This document shows, one piece after another, positions 57,916 through 64,000 of a DNA stretch of 64,000 nt. The position numbers and the translations under genes were made by a program. The DNA comes from Eledone cirrhosa (lineage: Eukaryota). Each line of letters starts with the position of its first letter. The stretch's first letter is position 1. Below the pieces are notes generated by a model, which did no database searches, was not told where the DNA came from, and saw only the letters and a list, made by a program, of their open reading frames with translations. Where the stretch lies: assembly GCA_964016885.1 (NCBI GenBank), contig OZ024742.1:331080001-331144000 (forward strand), read 5' to 3'.

Positions 57916-58454
57916 AGAACAAAAGATGGTTACAAGAGTTCCATGTGTTTTATTATGCGCATTTCAAAAACAAATATCATCATGCAATAATATTTGTGTT
58001 TTCATCAGATAAAACAGGAAGACATGATATGAAGGTTACAAAACACTTGTGGATAGTTCAGTTTTAAATCAACATATGAGAAGTAGTTTTAGATTGATGT
58101 GTGATATTGGGAAAACATATTTTATTTAGAGGGGTAAGGATGAGAAAGAGGAGGAGATGAGAGTAAAACGTGGAGAGGGAGGAGTATAATGAGGAAGGAT
58201 GAGATATGAGGAGAGATGGGTGATAGAGCGAGAGAGATAGCTTTTATAACTGAGAAAGATATATTGTTTTACATAGAGAGGTTGAAAACCGTTGGAAGAT
58301 AATGAATAAATTAAAAGAATTTGAAAGTTAACGGAGAGAAAAATAATGTAAATTTAATGTTTGTATATTGAGGGGTTTGATAATATGTGCGATGAAAAAA
58401 AGAAAATGTTAATATGTATTGAGAATAATGTTTAAGGGTTTAATAATATGTGCG

Positions 58455-59005
58455 ATGTTTAGACAAATCACAGAGGCAATAAACATAAAAGAATTACAAC
58501 CAAAATTAAATAGAAAATATGAGTGGAACAGCAACATCACAACTTACAATTAAGGACAAAATGAAAACACACACACACATAGAACAAACAACCAACCTGT
58601 ATCATGTAAATAAACAAATAAATAAACAAATATAAACACACACAGACACCCGGATGTGGCGCATGCGCAGACTGAGCACACAACACACATACAGAAACAA
58701 AATGGCGTAGGACAGAACAAAGGAGAGACACACAAATAAAGAAAAGAATCCCCAGTCACTGAAGAGGTCACAGAATGTGTGACGAAAGAACTTGGACAAT
58801 ATATAAACAACTATCTGGTTGTGGAACCAACCAACTAACCAGAAATTTATAAATTCCTAAATTTATAAATTTATTATAATAAATTGAAGTGAATGCAACT
58901 GGTGCGTGTGTTTCTTATTGGCAACATGACCCTCCCAAAGTATAACAATATCGGTTTCAACACACGATTTCAGATAAAGAATCTTGCTAAACAAATTCAG
59001 AAACG

Positions 59006-59008
<3 letters not shown>
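58455..59008 (+). mobile_element. 3' end of the 17.8-19.6 kb PLE family with ~55-nt longer tail
   Basis: Colinear with 19075-19560, then extra tcggtttc...aaacgaaa before (TA)n. Confidence 0.9.
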
Positions 59009-59061
<53 letters not shown>

Positions 59062-59178
59062 ATAATAATAAATTTGAAGACTAACATCCAAAGAGGGCTT
59101 GATAAGGATAAATATATATCAAATATATAAGAACCGTAGAGCAAATATTTATTAAAATAACAGAATAATATATATATA

Positions 59179-60287
<1,109 letters not shown>

Positions 60288-62499
60288 TGTGCGTGTATAA
60301 ATATATATATATATATATATATACGCACATGCATATATATATAGATGGAGAGAGATTGAAAGAGGGACAGAGATAGAAAGATACATACATATGTATAAAT
60401 ATATATATATATATATTACACGCCCCTAATATAACTCATGTTGTATATCTCTGTCTAGTTTATATCTATAAATCTATACGTATGATTATGATGTGTAAGA
60501 TGTTGACAATCGTAATTTCGTTGATATTCGCTATTGATGTTAGCCGTACGCTGCAAGTTTTTACGGCCAATCACTGTACACCGCTTCTATTTTTAATGAA
60601 CCGAGGGAATTGTCTCGGGCAGCAATCAACTAAATAACAAACAAATTTGTTGGTTGCTCCATAGTAGTTTCTATATATATTTGATAGTTTTTTGTTGTTT
60701 TTTTTGTTGTCATTTAGGGGATTAACTTCTCTAAAGAGAGAGGGAAAATGAGTTTTACGATAACAACTTGCGACAAGTATATCTCTTTGACACCCACTAT
60801 AGATAGCTATCAGCCATACAGCGTGCGCTTTTGTATGTGGCGTGTTGTTTTGTCACTTTGATCACAAAAATTGACAACATTAACATTTATATTATCAGTC
60901 ACTTAAGTAAGAATCACACATACTTCAATAGATTTGGCACATTTAAGCTGTGAAATATTCACTGGTCTAACGCTGGTAAATGTTCACACTTACCAAGATA
61001 AATAAAAATGACGGCAGAATGTATAGGACTGTGTTAAAGGTGTGAAACACATCGTCAATTACAAACTTGTCGTATTAGAATTCTCTGGGCAAATTTCACC
61101 ATTTCAATCACAGTTGTAATGGCAATACGTACTGCACTTAAAAAAAAATAGTAAATAGGCGATTGATAACAAGCAGCTTTAAAGTCATTTAGATCAAATT
61201 TATAATGGAAAAGAATCAATAAAACTAATGTTCTCCATTTCATTGAGTTATTGTCAGGACACTGAGACACTGAGATTCATGAGCAAGGGAACGTCTGCGC
61301 TAGAGCAACAAGAAATATCGGTTAAATCTTACGACGATAATAAGATACAAATATAACAGTAACAGCAATAACAAATATTATAAGGCCGAACACCCACAAC
61401 AACTCATATTTCATGCAACGAATCTACCTCCAAATACACCAGTAAAAGTCCCATTCCCGTCACCACCGTGTAAAGGCCAGTGGAAGGAGAAGTAAAATAT
61501 TCCACCGAGACGATGAAGAGAAGCAACAAAGAAAGTTGATTACGAATGCATAATTTAATTATCGAATGACCTCCTCGAATATAGGTTTCAGCAACGTTAA
61601 TATTTTACAAAGCTAGTAATAGTACCAGCGATACCAACATACACACTCTTCTAGCCAAATATAGCTTCATCAGACCCATACAACTGATGGCAAATGTTGA
61701 CAAAACCCTGTGATTCGCTGTGCCAGAGCAGATTCTTGGAGACAGAAAAAGAAGCACTGTGATATACATTTTTATACTGACCAAATGCAAGTGTCTGGTA
61801 AGAACAATGAATGGGCGAATTTGAAATGCCTAGAAAAATCTGACATGAAAAAACATATAGGCCGCACAGGCCTTCTTTATGAAACGAAGACCCCCCAAAA
61901 ATCAAACAATTCACCCCACATTTATATGTAGGTGATAGACGTAAGTTAATGCCCACATATCTGAAAACAACACTGCCGCCAAATTATTCACGACCTCCAC
62001 CAAAGTCACGAGTAACACAGACTCCACCATCATTAAAAACTACGAAGCAAACGCTAACAAAATCCAACACACACCCATACTAATAATTAGAAGATTACAA
62101 ACAAATAAATAGTATCATTAACTATAGGGCCGTAGGTACAAGTAACTAGGAATTAATGAATTACATAAAATAACACACAAATAACATCTACAAAATAGAA
62201 ATATTTAGCTTACCAACAGTCATATATATCACACAAGCACTTTAATACTGATGCAACATCATAAAACAACACTCCAGGTGAAGCAGAGATTTCCGAGAGA
62301 CATATTCAATTGAATACATACAAGTGACCGGGAGTTGGATCAGCTCTCCTTACAGGAGTAAATTATGTGATCCTTTTCATTTACTACTTTTTCCTGTATA
62401 GTCTTAGTCAGAATAAGTAATGGGGATATTCATTGCCTGGGATCATACATGAAGTAAGGTCACTTGTTAAGTGACCTCACCTACAGCGAAATAATAATA

Positions 62500-64000
62500 T
62501 ACTAGGGATGAGGCTTAGAAACTATTTCAACATTTATGAAGTGTACACATCATTATGCTTTTCGAGATCGTTAGGCGGGATATCTATTCGAAAAGACCTG
62601 TTTCTCGCAGCAGAAACCATACCTTCGAACACAAGTGGTAAGCTGGTGGCACTGCATATGATCAGTATTGACCTCCATGTGTTCAGGCTCGCGCTGCAGA
62701 GGACAGGTGGCCAAAGTTCTTTAGTTATCCCCTAAGAATGTCCTGCTCTTTAGTACCAGTGGAAGACTGGAAATGCATCTTAGTCACACGCTGATTCTAG
62801 CAGATAAAGACTACACTGAACTAATTAGCAATTTCTTTAAGCAAGGTTTGGCAGAGCAGCTCACAGCAACAGGTGTGTGTGTGTATAGGGGGAGGGGTGC
62901 TCTTAAGATAGTGATTAGAATTGAAGCAATAGCTTTCAGTACAAAGAACAAAGCAATAGAAAAGCTAGAAATGTAGTAGCTAAATAATAAATACCATTCT
63001 AACAGACATGCTGAAGACGAGAATGGCATTTCAGCATTTGGTCAATGAAAAAAACGAAAGTTACAATGTCAGAGCTAAGGCACTTACTCGAAGAAATGAG
63101 CTAACAAGAGCTACCAGATGGGCCGGATTTGCAGGGGCCCAGATTGGTCATAGAACCACAATTCAAGCCTTGCCGGAACGAGACGAGGACATGCTGATCG
63201 ATTGCACGAAGTTATGTGCATCTGTGCACCGTTGTTTGGGAAAATGCTTCAAAAAGTGATAACAGTATCCAAGATTTTGAAAGCCCTGACCGTATTTACG
63301 AGACGCAAATCGGCCGGATGGGATGTCCTCCCTTAAGAGTGTTGTGCACGTATGCCACATTATTTATCCGATCTCCTCAAAGTCGTCTACTGCAACTGGC
63401 AGTTAAACGGGAGTATTCCTAGTTCTGTCATTCGGGACGTATTAAAGCTGATGAGGAGACGAGAACAAGAGGGTTTAAACTCATAACCTCCGGTCCATGA
63501 CTCTGCACAACAGAGTTTAAAGATTTAGCCAAATTTCTCGCTTCGAGATTGGCGCTTTTCGTCGCTACCCAGGTAGGGGAAGCGCAGATGTGTGCAACCC
63601 ATCCAGCTACATGCAGGACAATATCTGCGTCCAGAAAACTTGTATTCGTTGCGGCTCTGATCAATTTGGCTCAATCGAAAATATTCGATATCGTTAATCA
63701 TCCGTACCTCGTCGCTTTCATGCCCGTATTCAGATGATGGATCACCTCAATGCACATTGGTATCTACTTGGTGGTCAACGTCAAGAGCTCCCTATCAGCA
63801 TCGTTCCAGATCGGGTACTCGATATCTTCAGATATTCTTAAACAGTGAACCACTGTGGTCTCATTTTTCAGACAAGCCTTTCAGCAGCTCCTCACTTTGA
63901 AAGAGCTGAAGTCAAGTGTCAACAATAGGACAAGACTGGGCGCGTGGTCTCTTCTAGTAGGTGGGCAATGTGGCTAGTAGAATTTCGACTCCAGAGATTT
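62500..64000 (+). mobile_element. Old decayed Tx1-like ORF2 remnant
   Basis: VRAKALTRRNELTRATRWA..AQIGHRTTIQAL, QVGEAQMC, LINLAQSKIFDIVNHPYL match the 38-41 kb ORF2. Confidence 0.85.

Noticed and set aside
58945-58975. Antisense hammerhead in the long tail (CUGA-AAUCGUGUGUU-GAAA-CCGA-UA)
   Set aside because: Core incomplete and stem I absent; a two-polarity ribozyme claim is unsupported
61300-62300. A-rich coding-like remnant
   Set aside because: Too decayed to assign to any family

Overview
Eukaryotic (animal) genomic DNA, very AT-rich and full of (TA)n/(CA)n/(GA)n microsatellites. The repeat content suggests an octopod cephalopod (inference). No host protein-coding gene can be supported, and most listed ORFs are microsatellite read-through. 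The window is mainly decayed retroelements: Penelope-like elements (PLEs; RT + C-terminal GIY-YIG) of at least three types, Tx1/L1-like, CR1, RTE and CRE-like LINE remnants, tRNA-derived SINEs and one non-autonomous Helitron. The main signal is non-coding. Folding by eye gives well over a dozen intact or decayed type I hammerhead ribozyme (HHR) motifs, many with a compensated U3:A8 core and some with a very long stem II. They sit in a recurring architecture: two inverted 3' ends of unequal length pointing outward into (TA)n. Highlights: a 319-nt retrozyme-like repeat, a chimeric junction exactly at a predicted HHR cleavage site, a hammerhead with a built-in alternative fold, and a head-to-head fusion of two different PLE families. 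All folds and alignments were done by eye; none has been computed or tested.
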